A DNA stretch of 64,000 nt from Camelus dromedarius. Lineage: Eukaryota. Of this stretch, positions 25,201 to 38,679 are shown one piece after another; the first letter of the stretch is position 1, and each line of letters starts with the position of its first letter. Both the position numbers and the translations under genes were made by a program. The notes below the pieces were generated by a model. The model saw only the letters and a program-made list of their open reading frames with translations. It was not told the origin of the DNA and ran no database searches. The stretch is taken from positions 67,642,001-67,706,000 of the forward strand of contig NC_087445.1 in assembly GCF_036321535.1 (NCBI RefSeq), read 5' to 3'.

Positions 25201-25914
25201 GATGTGGACCAAGGTGTATTCTAGAATCAGGCAGATCATAAGTCACTGAAACCTCAGGGAGGTTTCAGTTTTCATGGATTCAGTGGGGTAGATCAATGGT
25301 GTGTATGTCTGGAGAGGCATGTGGATTAGGTATTTTTCTACGTGGGTTTAGGTTAATGTTAGTTTATGTACGTTTAACAAGCAAGGTCAGGCAAAGGTTA
25401 CTGTCATATGTAGCAAATGGGCTTTGGAGAAAGTAATGTTTGTATTTCATTGTTTAGGCTCAGAGCAGTGTTTTAAGGTTTAGTGTTAGGAAAAGTGATA
25501 TTTATTGGAATGCTGGCTTTGTCAATTAGTGTGTGCTTTTAACAATTTACTTAGCCTCTATGAACCTTAGTTACTGCATCTGAAAAGTGAGGCTAACAAC
25601 TCTTCCTGGCACTAAAATCAGAGAGAAAATCTCCTTTTGAATTTTGTATAGAGAATATTGTGTATTATGGTGAACAACGTTCACAACCATGTTACAGGAA
25701 ATAAAACACATTCTGCCTCTGCCCTCAGATGGAACTGCTGTCTCACACAACATACAAGTGTCTTTTCCCTTAGCCTTGAGTTTAATTTTAAACATTTGAT
25801 CTAGATATTAAGAGTAAATACAATGGAGACGGAGAGCCCTGGGTTTTAGTCCCGCTTCCTCCATGTACTATTCATGTGGCCTTCCTTCCTTCTATTCATT
25901 CATTCAACAAATAT

Positions 25915-28900
25915 TCATTTATTTACTTATTTCCACTTATATGACATTATGTAAGTTTAAAGTATACAACATAAAGATTTTATATCTGCATTTATTGCAA
26001 AAAGATTACTCAACAATGTTATTTAACATATCCATCACCTCACATAGTTACAACTACTTTTTTTCGTAGTGAAAACTTTGAAAATCTATTGTCTTAGCAG
26101 CTTTCAAATATACAACACAGTCTTGTTAGCTATAGTCCCCAGGCTGTAAATTACATCCCCCAAGTTTTTCATCCCTTTGACTACCTTCAGTCATTTTTCC
26201 CACCCAGGACTGCTCGCTCCTGGCAACCACCAATCTACTCTGAGTTATTTTTCTTATATTGCACATATAAATGAGATCATGTGGTATTTGTCTTTCTCTG
26301 ACTTATTTCACTTAGCATATGTTTCAATATGTTGTTACAAATGGCAGGGTTTCATTTTTATGGCTGAATAATATTCCAGTAATATTCACATTTTTTTAAT
26401 CCACTCATCCATTGATGGACATTTAGGTTGTTTCCATGTCTTGGTTATTTATAAAGCTCCAGTGGTTCAGATATCTCTCTGACATAGTGATTTCATTTCT
26501 TTAGGATGTATAATATACCCAGAAGTAGGATTGCTGGATCATATGGTGCCTCCATATTGTTTTCCTTAGTGCCTGTCCTAATTTACATTCCTACCAACAG
26601 TGCCCAGGGTTCCTTTATCTCCACATCATCCCCAACTCTTTTTATCTCTTGTCTTTTGATAATAGCCATTCTAACAGGGATGTGGTGATCTCTCCTTGTG
26701 ATTTTGCATTTCCTGATGGTTAACGATGTTAAGCTCCTTTTCATGTACCTGTTGGCCATTTGAATATCTTCTTTGGAAAAATGTCTGTTCAGGTCCTTTG
26801 ACTGTTTTTTAGTTAAATTTTTATTTTTTGATATTGATTTGTATGAGTTTCTTATATATATTTTGGATATTAACCCCTTATCAGATATGTAGTTTGCTAA
26901 TATTTTTCTCCATTCTGTAGGATGTCTTTTCATTTTGTTGATAACTGTTTTGCTATATGAAAGCTTTTTAGTTCGATGTAGTCTTGTAGTCCCAATTGTC
27001 TTTTAAATTTGTTTGTTCGTTTGTTTTGCCTTTGTTGCTTGTGCTTTGGGTGTTATATCTATAAAATCATTGCTAAGATCAACGTCAAGGAGGTTTTTCC
27101 TTATAGAAATGCAACGGATTTTTGTATGCTGATTTTTATCCTGCAACTTTACTGAATTTGTTTATCTATTCTAACAGTTCTTTAGAGTCTAAAATTTTCT
27201 GTATATATTATCATGTTCTCCGCAAACAGAGACACTTCTTTTCTGATTTGAATGCCTTTTATTTCTTTTTCTAATCACTCTGCCTAGGACTTTCAGTACT
27301 ACATTAAATAGGAGTAATGAGAATGGGCATCCTTGTCTTATTCCTAACCTTAGAGGAAAACCTTTCACCAGTAAGTATGATGTTAGCTGTGGGTTTGTCA
27401 TATACGGTCTTTATTATGTTGTGGTTTGTTCCTCAACTATTTGTTGAGGTTTTTATCATGTAGGGATATTGTATGCAGAAAAAGCATCTATTGAAAAAAA
27501 TCATATGATTTTTATCTGTTCTATTACTGTGGTGTAACATATTTACTGACCTGCATATGTTGAACCATCCTTGCATCAAAGGGATAAATCCGACTTGATC
27601 ACGGTGTATGATCCTTTTAGTGTATTACTGAATTCAGATTGCTCATGCATTGTTTTCCCAGTTTGGTTTAGTAGTTGTGTGTTCTTGCTCACTAAACTTC
27701 TTTAAGAGGATTATTCTGAATTCTTCATCAGACAGTTTATTGATCTCCATTTCTTTAGGGTCAATTATTGGAGCTTTATTAGTTTCCTTTGATGATGTCA
27801 CGTTTATTGGATTCTTTATGATCCTTGATTCCATGTTGATATCTGTGCATTTGAGTTAGTAATCTCCCCTTCTAGACTTTACAGATTATCTTCTGGTCAC
27901 AGTCCTTCACCAGCCACCTCAGCCTGGGGTCTTGGATAGGTCAGTGGTGGTGTCCTTGGGCAGGCAGGGCTTGCTGTCAGGGCCCCTATTCAGGTGAGGC
28001 CATAGCCTGTGCTCTGAGGTCAGGGTGGTTCTGCTGGCTGAGCTCTGAATCGGGTAGGACTGCCAGCTGTGTTCCTTGGTGGGTGGTGCCACTGGTGGGA
28101 CTCCTTGATTGGGTAAGGCTACGGATTGTCCTCACATTCACTCCTGGCCAGGTGGAGTATCAGGCTCTGATCCCTGATGGGATAGTACCTCTGGCTGGAT
28201 TCTGAGTTCAGGCAAGGCCACAGGCAGGGCTTCCTGGTGAGATTAAGTCCTCAGACTGTGTTTTACAGTCAGGCGGGGATGCAGACTGATTCCCAAAGGT
28301 GGGCAGGCCTGCAGTACGGGCTTCATGATCAGGCAGGCCACTGGCTTGCTCTGCTGTTGGGAAAGGTCTCTGACCAGGCTCTTTTGTTGGGAGGTGCCTC
28401 AAGCTGTATCCTGCAGTTGGGTGGGGCTAGAGTTTGTGCTCTGCTGGCAGGCGTGGTTTCTGTCTGGACTTCTTCATTGGTGGAGCCACAGAGTATGCTC
28501 TGTGATTGGGCTGGCACGCTGGCTGGGTTCCCTGTTTGGATGAGGCCATAGGCTATGTCCAGCAATGGGACGAGGCCATAGGCTGGGCTCTACTTCAGGG
28601 AGGGGCTGTGGGCTGGGTTCTGAGGCTATCCAGGATTACTGTACTTAACACTTGGGCAGGACTACAGATCTGGTTCCCTGCACAAGCACAGCTGTTGCAT
28701 AGGCTGAACAGCTGCCCAAGTTCTTGGTCCAGCGAGGCTGCAGGCTGTCTTCAGCAGTGGGCAGGGCTTCACATTTCCTTAACAGCTTGGTTAGGCCTAT
28801 AGAACAGGCACTGGTACCACGAAGACTCACTGGCTGATGACCCTCATCAGGCAGAACTGCCCACCAGTCCCCTAGCTAGGCTCCGCAGATGGGCAGAGTC

Positions 28901-28985
28901 ACCGGCTGGAATCTCTGCTTTGGGTGCAGCTGCAAAGAGGAACGTAGTCTGCCAATATCTGAGCACTGGTGGCTGTAAGCCCTAC
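25915..28985 (-). mobile_element. L1MA-type element retaining 5'UTR, ORF1 start, RT piece and 3' end, with several internal deletions
   Basis: Antisense ORF2 C-terminus (MKRHPTEWRKILANYISDKGLISKIY), RT piece (GFPLRLGIRQGCPFSLLLFNVVL), ORF1 N-terminus (PKEMEINKLSDEEFRIILLKKFSE) and GC-rich 5'UTR at 27880-28985. Confidence 0.85.
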
Positions 28986-28989
28986 CCTC

Positions 28990-29990
28990 CTTCTCTGTAT
29001 AGTATGAATATACCATACTTCATAAAATGAATTTATCCATCCTACCATAGATGACAGTTTAGGTTACTTCCAGTTTGGGGCTTCATAAGTTTAGCCCCTG
29101 ATGTAATGTTTAGACATATCTCTTGTTGTACATGTCCATGTGTTTCTCTGGAATATATACCCAGGAGTGGAATTTATGAAATATAGGTATCTTTACCTGT
29201 ACTATTTATTAACAAATTATTTTTCAAGTTGATTGTATCAATTTATATTCCCACTAGCAGCATAATTTTCTGTGGCTCCACATTTTCTCAAACCCTTAAT
29301 ATTTATCTTCAGAATTCTAATTTTTGTCTATCTGCTGGGTGTGCAGTGGCTTTCCACTGTGATTTAATTTGAATTCCTCTGGTTATGAATGAAACTCAGC
29401 ATCTTTTCATGTGATTATTGGTCATTTGGATTTCCTTGTCTTTTGTGAAATGTTTATTCAATTCTTTTTCGTAGTCCTCCTTCCCTCTCCACCTCTGGCT
29501 TTGTCTGTTTTTTCTTACTATTCCTAAGGATCTTTATGTACTCTTAATCTGAGTGTTTTTTGTTGGTTTTATGAATTTCAAATATCTTTTACTGTTCTAT
29601 TATTTGTCTTTTTCTTCTATGATGCTTTTTGATAAATAAAACAGAAGTGTTTAATTTTAACACAGTCCAATTTACTGTTTTCTTTTATGGTTAGTGTCTT
29701 CTATCTGTTTCTTGTTTTAGAAATATTTTCCTATCTTAAGGAGACAAAGAAATTCTCCTATATTATTTTCTAAAAACGAGTGGTTTTTGGTTTTCATATG
29801 TAAGTTTGTGATTCATCAGGAGTTAATTTTTGCTGACGGTGAGCGGTAGGAATCCAATTTCATTTTTCCATGTGGATTTCCAACTGTCTTAATTCCGTTT
29901 CTGAAAAGAGGCTCTTCCATGCCTCATTCATAAGTCAGGTGTAGAACAGTGTGTGGGTATGCTTCTGGGCTCTCTGTCTTGCGGCAGTTG
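28990..29990 (-). mobile_element. Old L1M fragment
   Basis: Antisense L1 3' end/ORF2; the 29390-29900 part is homologous to 9000-9950 and 18182-18550. Confidence 0.7.
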
Positions 29991-30054
29991 TACTGTTTGT
30001 CTAGACCTTCACCAATATCCTCATTGCATTCATTACCAAAGGCCTATTGTGTGG

Positions 30055-30140
30055 CTAGTGATTCTCAAAGTATTGTTTCAAAATCAGCATCACCTGAGGA
30101 CTTGATAGAAGTGAAAATTCTTAGATCTCACTCAGACTGA
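30055..30140. mobile_element. MER5A-like hAT relic
   Basis: tagtgattctcaaagt...cagcatcacctgaggacttg...aaattctt; a second piece at 31065-31200 (cttgttaaatgcagattc...ggcccca). Confidence 0.6.
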
Positions 30141-32218
30141 CTCAAGGGACATAGTCATAGGTCCATGGCCATGAGAGAAAAGTATTGGAGAAATGGTCTT
30201 GGAGAAAAGTATTTAGATCAGGATTTTCTCTTCTGAAGCCTAAGCGCTGATAGTGATAAAGGATAACTCTACATGTGTAGAGGTGAGATTTCTTCATGTG
30301 TGGAGTGTTTCCTCTTTATCTAGTTCCTCTCCAAAATGAGAATTAGGACATTCCATGGAGGGTCTCTGCTGATCTGACCTCCTTCATATCACTTCTTTCC
30401 TATCGTGATATGATATTATTGCTGTTTCAACAAAACAAAACTCAGTGGTGATGAGCAACAGAGCAATAGATTGTAGTTCACTTTCCTTAGTAATTAGTAA
30501 TTTTAATTGTACAAAAAATATGTCTTTTAACAAATTCAGAGAGTACAGATAAGCACACACTGAAAAGCAAACTTTATCTCCTTCCCTATTCCAGGGTTCT
30601 TTCCTAGAATTAACCATTTTAAATGGGAGATTTTCTTTCTGGGTCTATAATTTCACCAGATACACACACACTTGTATATTTTCATCATATATACATACAC
30701 ATTCATATATATATGAGCCCTAATAGATTTATTCTTAAACATTTTGCTCTTTATTCATAATAATGTTTCAGGTCAGCGATAGAGATACACCTCATCATTT
30801 GTAACTATTATGTATTATTTCTTTCTATGGAAAAATTGAACCACTAATTATCTATTTCCTTATTGATGGGCATTTAAGCTGTTACTAATTTTTTTTCTAT
30901 TACAAGCAATGATGCAACCAGTGAGTGTCTGTATATACATAGCTTTATACACTTGGTATAATATTACTAAAGGCACGAGTTCAAGAAATACAAACAATGG
31001 GACGTAGGAGGGATCAGAAATTTTCAGACAGGCAGCTTCTCACATAAAGGCCAAGTTAGTTTTCTCTAGGGGTCAGGGTGGGGGCGGTGCTTGTTAAATG
31101 CAGATTCACAGGCCCCACATGAGACCTGCTGAGTAATAGCTCTGGGAGTGATGTAGGAGAGTCAATGATAAAATACTAAGATATAAAACCTAAAACCACT
31201 GCATGAATAATAGAGAATGAAGGATGAAAACAAAAGTGAGCAGAATAAAATTCCTTGCCTGAAGCCCTGGATGACTCTTTACTTCCCAGAGGAGCCCAGT
31301 ATGGCTCCGTCTGTCTCTGGAAGCTCTTAGTTTCATCTGCCTTCAGCATTCACATATGAGTTTTAACACCTCTTCAAAAGCTGCTCAGAATAAATCTAAG
31401 GACAGACAGTAAATCTTTCATTGGGAGGCAGACAGGTTTTTGAAGGGCAGTGATGGTGGAAATAGGGGACTCTCTAAGGTGAACTGAAGCTAAGAGAGGG
31501 GACAAGAGGAGCCAATGCCTTTGAGGCACAAATGCCAGATGACCAGGGTAGAGACCCAGAGGCAACTCGGCCCCTGGGAACACTGGCCTGATCATCGGGG
31601 CAGTTGTGTGCTGAACTACTAAGTCACTTGCTAAGCAGGACTAAGAGTTGGGCTTTTGCTCATTACAGAGCCCAGAACATTCTTCTGTTAGAGATAGGGA
31701 AGAAGGAAGAGTCAATGGGATCCCTGCATACTTGTGGGACCAGACGCATTCCTTGTCTGGTGGACATTTCAATTTTATAGGAGTTTCAGTCTTTCTGTCA
31801 CTGTCTCTGTCTCTCTGCCTCTCTCTTTTTCTAAATCACTGGGATGACTTTCAAAAAGCTAGTTCATCCAGAAATTTCATTAAAATCAGAAGGCTATGAA
31901 GGGAATCAAAAGTCATTAATCAGATTTAAATTATTTCTAGGAAATTTTGTGGAAAACAAAAGTTTCAACAGCATTGAGAGCGAATGAAAATGAAGTGGTT
32001 TTCTGGAGAAGAGGAAGGTGGGAAGCTGATTACGGAATCATAATAAAGTTCCAATGGTTGATAGTTGCATGTGTAAAAAAGTGGATACAACCCAAGATCC
32101 ATGACACATATGAGTGATAACCTGCTGACTTACAAGAGTTTATTGTGTGTATCAGGAACCAGCAGAAACAGGGTCCAGAAGAGACATGAACTCGTGAACA
32201 TGCCCACAGAGGTTCTGG

Positions 32219-33151
32219 CTAGGACATCCTCCTGCCCATCAGCTTCCCCAGGCTCCTCTTTATGTCTTTGTTTCTCAGGCTGTAGATGAAAGGGTTGAGC
32301 ATAGAGGACAGAACTGTGTAGACAATTGTTGCCACGCGGTCCCTAACAGTGTAGCTGGACAAGGGCTTTAAATAGACATAAAAGACGCTTCCGTAAAACA
32401 GGATCACCACAGTAAAATGGGAACCACAAGTGGAGAAGGCTTTGTGTTTCCCAGCAGCTGAGGGAATCTTGAGAACCGTAATGAGGATTCGTATATACGA
32501 AAAAACAATGCATAGAAATGGAGTCACCAAAACAACCAGTCCTTCTGTCTTTATTGTGATATTGTTGACAAATGTGGAGGAGCAGGATGATTTCAGCAGA
32601 GGGTTGATGTCACAGAGAAAGTGGTGGATGACACTGGAGTTGCAGAAAGTGAGCTGATTCAGCAGAAGTGTGTGTAGGAGTGAGTGGAGGTGAGGCAATG
32701 AGCAGGAGACGGCCACCAGGAGGACACAGCGGTGGTGGCTCATGATGGTGACATGGTGGAAGGGGTCACAGATGGCCACATAGCGGTCAAAGGCCATGAC
32801 TGCTAGAAGGCAGCTGTCAGTGTTGCCCAAAACATATATAAAATACATCTGAGTCAGACACCTAGCATAGGAGATGGTCTTCTTCTCCGACAGGAAGTTG
32901 ACCAGCATCCTGGGGACAATGGTTGTTACGAAGCAAATGTCAGTGAACGACAGGAAACTCAAGAAGAAATACATGGGGGTCTGGAGGTGGGGGTCAGAGC
33001 AGATGGCCAGGATGATGAGCAGATTCCCTGTTATGGTGACCAGGTACATGGTGAGGAAGAGGATAAAGAGTGGCTTCTGGTCCTCAGGCAGGGAGGAGAG
33101 TCCCAGGAGGATGAACTCAGAGACGCTGCTAGTCTGGTTGATTTCTTCCAT
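32219..33151 (-). CDS. OR1L8: Olfactory receptor OR1L8-like, copy 3 (310 aa)
   Basis: MEEINQTSSVSEFILLGLSSLPEDQKPLF...NFLSEKKTISY...KLMGRRMS*; retains the SEKKT loop; acceptor-like ctctatcttag 8 nt upstream of the ATG. Confidence 0.93.
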   Translation of the reverse strand: MEEINQTSSVSEFILLGLSSLPEDQKPLFILFLTMYLVTITGNLLIILAICSDPHLQTPMYFFLSFLSFTDICFVTTIVPRMLVNFLSEKKTISYARCLTQMYFIYVLGNTDSCLLAVMAFDRYVAICDPFHHVTIMSHHRCVLLVAVSCSLPHLHSLLHTLLLNQLTFCNSSVIHHFLCDINPLLKSSCSSTFVNNITIKTEGLVVLVTPFLCIVFSYIRILITVLKIPSAAGKHKAFSTCGSHFTVVILFYGSVFYVYLKPLSSYTVRDRVATIVYTVLSSMLNPFIYSLRNKDIKRSLGKLMGRRMS

Positions 33152-35699
33152 GGAGTCAGCTAAGATAGAGGTGATCCTACAATTTAACACACATCTTTCT
33201 CTCATAATTGTAACCACAAACAAACCAGTAAGTCTATGTTTCTTCCTATCTTTCCTGTCCACCCACAGGGTCATGATTAGCTACCACACAGGCGACTTGT
33301 CAGCTTTGTGGTCCTTGATGCTGCCCTTCCTTCCCGACTCTAAGATTTCACAAGCTTCTTGTATTGATAGCGTGATCTCAAGAGGAAGAATTTTCTTTGA
33401 GGAACAGAATCGAACCTTCCTGATTCAGTTTAACATTAAACTTTAGAAACAATTTTTTATTGAGCACCTAGTCTGTGAAAAATATTCTTCTGGGAGTGGG
33501 GACACAGTTGTGAATATACCATAGAAAGACCTGTTTGTGCATCTTACCTTCTAATGGAGGATCGATTGATCGATCTATCTGTCATCTATCTATCATCAGA
33601 TAGTTTGACATTTTATAAAGAGAAATAAAGTCACATAAGGGGATATTGACTTAGAGAAGTAAGGAGGGATTTATTTATTTTAGATAAGGTAGTTTTATTG
33701 TTCTCTCTATATCAAAATGAATTTTCAATGATGGATTCCTAATATATCTCTAAACCTCCTTGCCAAAAAGAGGAGCTCAATAAAATAATAAACAGGGAAA
33801 TCAAAGGAATAATGAACCAAGGCCAACGAAGTGTTACTGTTGTGGTTATTTTATCTTCGGAGGCATTTATTTCAAAGCTTACACTTCTTAGTGAACTTCA
33901 AATTATACTATCAATCCATACAAATCTTAAGTTTTAAATTTACTTTTGACTGATTTTTCCTCTAATTGCTTAAACCTAATCATGTTCCCACATCTTGGGC
34001 ACCCAACCATTAAGCAAGCATACGTCCTTCAGTGCCATCATCCATTTGTTTATTTACCGATGTATATATCCTTGAAATATATATATATTATTGCCTTCTT
34101 TATGTGAGCTTTTCTTCCATTTACCTCAGTAATTCTTTGGCATATATCTCATTCTTGTTTTTTCTCTTTATATACATTTTTTTTGATATCGATCTCTGTT
34201 CTGGTTCTTTACTTTTGACTTTTTCCATCATATTCCAGCAGCACATGACTTAATATTCATGTCCCTAGTTGTCCTCTAAGCCTTTGCTACCATGAGCAAC
34301 GTAGATTCAAATATCCTCATGGCCACAAAGTGTTCTACATCATTCATCCAGACAATGAGACTGGATAGGCATTTTGAAAGAGCAATTCAAGGAATCATCA
34401 TTCATTTATTCACACAACAATTAAATGCTTACTTTCCAGCTGGTTAACATCAAGCAAGTTATTAAATATTTTTAAACTTCAGTTTCCTCATCTGTAAATA
34501 GGGTATACTAATATTTACCATTTATGAGTTTTATGAGTTTTTCGTGATATCATGTGTTTAAAGCACTTAGAATGGTTCAGGGACAGAGAAAACATTTGAT
34601 GCCACTGTCTTCTCCCTGTCATTATTATTGCCAATGAATTTCTCTCCAACCAGGTTTTTGGACATGTTCTCAAAAGTAACGAATCTAAATATTGAAATGA
34701 CCCTAGTTCTCACACTCTAATTTTCTAATGGTCAAATTCATCTTATTATGAATCTACAATGCTTTTTTAGGTGGTGTATGGTTCATACTTTGAATAATCT
34801 GAGAGTGAATCAGTAATTAAGCACTTACCACATGCAAGTAGAATTTTGTTTCATTCTTACAACAACCTTATGAGGCATAAGCTATTATTATTGCTTTTTT
34901 TCTGATGATGAAACAGATATAGATTTAAAATAATTTGCTAAAGTCACACATCAAGTAAACAGCAGAAACGAGATTCAAATACCACACTAATTCTAAATCT
35001 CAAGATTTAACTATGATGTATTTTCTCATATTTTTGTAAAGTTATAAAAGTATCTATGAAACAATCATGTATAAGATCTATTTTTTCCCAATTTGACCAT
35101 TTTCTATTTTAACACAGACACACACACACACACACACACATTTTTTCCCTTAAATGTTTTTCATTCCTCATTAAGAACAGACTTCTGTTGTTACAAAAGG
35201 AAACCTATTTTCTATGCTGAGCAGATTGTAGAATTTGAGAATTTTAATATCCATGATTCATTGGCAACAATAAGGGAGAATTTGGACTTTGATGTCTGGG
35301 ACATTATGTTTTTATGGGGTTGAGGGTTTAGTAGGAAGTGCACTGAACTTGGAAGAAGAAAGTGGAAACTTGTGCCTGAAATTCATTACTTGCTCACTGA
35401 GTGATCTCAGGGGCCCTGAAGAGCTAAAGAAGTATCAGGTATAAGTGTGGTTTGTAAAATATACTACAGAAAGTGAGAATCTGAGGGGATAATTCTAAAA
35501 GTCCTCTTATTGAGGATCTGCTTCCCCAACAACAATGGGATACCTTGGCCCAGGGATCAAATAGGGTGGTCGCAAAATACAAAGTTAGACTTAAATGGTA
35601 GGCTGAACTCTGTGATATACTTTATCCGTGTGATTTGTGGAACCGAATCAAATTCAAAAACTGAATTTTGAGTCTGAAGTAAGTACCTGATTGAGGCGG

Positions 35700-36370
35700 A
35701 TGATCAGGTGGGTAGTCAGTGTACTAATGCTCACTTTCCACACCCAGATATATTTTCACCTTTCCCAGTTAAAAAAAAAAATCTGTTCTCCCGTCCTGAA
35801 CCAAATTGGTTAAGTTCACTTATCAGTCAAAGATGATCTTTTTGACCTTCTAGCCAGTAAAAAAGCAAGAAGAGTTGCAAGGAAGGAGGAAAGAGTAGAT
35901 TGCCATAGATTCTAAAGGAGTGAAGCATTTTCTTGATATGCCCTCTCACCCCCTTGTCTTTTTCTCAGCGTCTGTCTCACCATTTTTCTGTTTTTCTCTG
36001 CTTCCAACTGTGGAAGGCAGAGATGCCCAGACTCACAGTGGCAGGAACTCTCTTGGTTGGGGAAACCTGTCAGCTAGCTTCTTGTGGGTCTGGGCTCGGG
36101 CCTCCTGGCTGCCTCTAGGTCCTTGCTGGTGAGAGATCTATGGTGTGCTTATTCCAGCCTGCCTCCTTAAGAGAGTTTGCTCCGTGACCTCTCTAAGTAC
36201 AGCAATCACGATGGGCAGCAAAGGTGCGTGCAGCCGCCCTCAGGGGGCAGGGGACTCCCGGGGCCTCCTTCGGAAGACTGAGGCTGTTTTCAGAGCCTTT
36301 TAAACTTATCACAAAGTCTCCAGGACATGCTTTAGTTTCCTCAACTGTGTGTAATCAAAGGTGATAGAAC
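35700..36370 (-). promoter_or_regulatory. Putative promoter block of OR1L8-like copy 3
   Basis: Diverged homolog of 15700-16550; ggggactcccggggcctcc at ~36250-36268 aligns with ggggacccctggggcctcc. Confidence 0.4.
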
Positions 36371-36414
36371 ATTTTTGTGTGTGTGTGTGTGTGTGTGTGT
36401 TTAGTGAATAGGGC

Positions 36415-37730
36415 ATGGGTTCTCTAGGAAGCCAACTTTGAGATGGAGATTAACATACAGGATGCCTATTAGGGAGTTCTCTTGGGATCAACATCTGTGG
36501 AAGGGAGAAGAAGGAAGAAGAATTGGGTGCAGGGACAAGTTGGGTTGTGACGAAGTCCTAGTGAAGGTCTCAGCTGACCCTGTTGGGAGCTCTGGAGCCA
36601 GGATGTCCAGGAAGACAGATCTTTATACCCACCATGTTGGTTATTGGACGTAGGCTGCTCTGGAAGGGAACATGTTCTTTGGTGAAGCAGTTTCTTTTAG
36701 CTGAGATCATCCCTAAAGAAAGCTTAAAGCCGAGGACTATCCTACAAGGCAACCATTGATGAACTCCAGTGTAATCATGCTTCATTTTGACCTGCACTTA
36801 CACAGCGAGCTGACCCTTCTATAAACTACACCTAGGCTTTCCTGTCCTCTATCAGCTGGGTGTAGGGAATTCTATGCAGCCATAGCTTTCTTCCTTTTTT
36901 CTTTTTTTTGGAAAGGAAGAAATAGCATTTTCTTTATTCACAAATGACGTGAATGTATGCCTAGAAAATCCAAAGATAATCTAACTCAAACTACTAAAAT
37001 TAATAAGTGAATTTAGCTATGTCATTGTATACAAAGTTAATAGTAAAAATCTATTTTATTTTTACGTACCAGAAACAAGCAGGAAATGGAATTTTAAAAG
37101 ACAATTTACAACAGTATCAAGATATACAAAGTACCTAGGAATGAATGTTGCAAAATTCCTACTGTGAAAACTACAAAGTAACACTGAGAAAAATGTTAGA
37201 GTCCCAAAAAAGGGGAGGCATATACCATGTTTGTGGATTGAAAGACTTAATGTTATGCCAGTTTCCCCAAATTAATCTATAAATTCATCATAATGCCAGT
37301 CAAAATCTGTGTGTGTATGTGTGTGCATGAATGCGTGTATTTGATGAACATAGATTAAGCTGATTCCAAAATTCATACAAAAATGCAAAAGATCTAAAAT
37401 ATTTAAAATAATATTCAAGAAAAACTGAGCTGGAGGACTTTTCACTATCAGATAACAAGACCTATCATAAAGCTATAGTGGTTGGAACAGCAAGGCATAG
37501 CTTTCTGATTCCTCTCCGAGATCACTGGACCTAAAAATAATACTGATGTAAAGAGTTCCCTGTATCTTTGTAGTGTTTCTCTTCCAACTTCAGAATTATG
37601 TGTGTCTTGCTAAGGCTCCAACTTGCTAGCAATTTCTTGGTTTTCTGGTCCAATTACCATGGTGTCATTGATATAGTGGAGCAGCGTTATGTTCTATATG
37701 ATATCCAGATTGCATCTTTTCAAACTATGT
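36415..37730 (-). mobile_element. Internally deleted ERVL relic (LTR16/33-like 3' LTR, RNase H and RT remnants)
   Basis: Minus-strand translations NITLLHYINDTMVIGPENQEIASKL (RT YIDD region, 37600-37690) and IPYTQLIEDRKA*V*FIEGSARC (RNase H, 36795-36872) resemble ERVL pol; LTR-like end at 36415-36620. Confidence 0.75.
36892..37495 (-). mobile_element. TSD-flanked retroposed RNA consisting of antisense old-L1 ORF2 sequence
   Basis: TSD catagctttct at 36881-36891 and 37496-37506; T-tail 36895-36909; minus-strand AATAAA at 36933-36938; body is plus-strand degraded L1 ORF2 (GKEEI...LFTNDVNVCLENPK). Confidence 0.7.
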
Positions 37731-37890
37731 ATTATATATAAAACATATGTGTGTATATATACACACATATACATGCACATATGAATGTATGTCTATACAT
37801 AATAGGATATATATATATGTATATATGTAAATACCTATACATCTATCTTCCTCCCATTGGTTCTGTTCTCTGTAGAACCCTGACTGATAC
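37730..37890 (+). mobile_element. MLT2 LTR 3' end
   Basis: TA/CA-rich tract followed by cccattggttctgttctctgtagaaccctgactgataca. Confidence 0.75.
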
Positions 37891-38064
37891 ACTACTCACT
37901 ATAAAAATTGGATTCATTTGGCTTCTTATGGTTTAGGTTTGCCACTTGGACTCTGTCATTCTCATTGCTATTGTCATTCTCATAGCTGAGGTCTATGACG
38001 GCATATCCTTCCATCAGTCTTACCTACAGAGGAAAGAAGAGCCCTTCTCCAAAGTAAAACATGG

Positions 38065-38221
38065 CAGAGGTGGGTATAGTTCAGTGGTAGGGCGTGTGCT
38101 TAGCATGCACAAAGTCCTGGGTTCAATTCCCAGTACCTCTACTAAAATAAATGTAAATAAACCCAATCCTCCCCTCACCCCTACACACAAATTAAAAATT
38201 TAAAAATTTTAAAAACTTAAA
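38065..38221 (+). mobile_element. Vic-1-type SINE
   Basis: gggtatagttcagtggtagggcgtgtgcttagcatgc...ggttcaattcccagtacc; TSD aaag(t/g)aaaacatgg at 38051-38064 and 38222-38235. Confidence 0.92.
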
Positions 38222-38679
38222 AAAGGAAAACATGGAAAGCGAAAGTCTTGGGTTTCTATTTCCCATCCACAGCCTGCCTATGATAGTCAGTTACTATCAT
38301 AACTTAAAGTTAAATGAAGACGTGGGTTGGTGTGTTACACAGGGATGGTGTCAGGCACAGTGATTACAGTGAATGTTTCCTTTGGCAAATTGATTAAGAT
38401 ACTAGTCCTTAAGGCCAACTGGTTTTCAGGAAACTGGCTGAGTTTAGTGCTTTAAAACACACTATCTCATTTAACCCTCACAGTAACCACATGAGCAAGG
38501 TGTTATTACCAGATCTAAGGAAACAGAACCTCCCAGAGCTTAAGCCCCTTGCTTAGGGCACCTGGTGAGTAAGTAGCAGAGCTGGCCTTGATCTCAGGTC
38601 AGTCTGTGTCTAGTGCCCTTGGGATCAATGTCACCACTCCACTACTTTCTGAACAAGCCTCAGCCCCCGCTCCAGGTGG

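Larger units (their letters stand above)
18182..26100. repeat. Tandem segmental duplication unit 2
   Basis: Collinear paralog of 9148-17580. Confidence 0.92.

Noticed and set aside
27880-28985. GC-rich region with several ORFs and internal repeats
   Set aside because: L1 5'UTR directly upstream of a recognisable ORF1 fragment.
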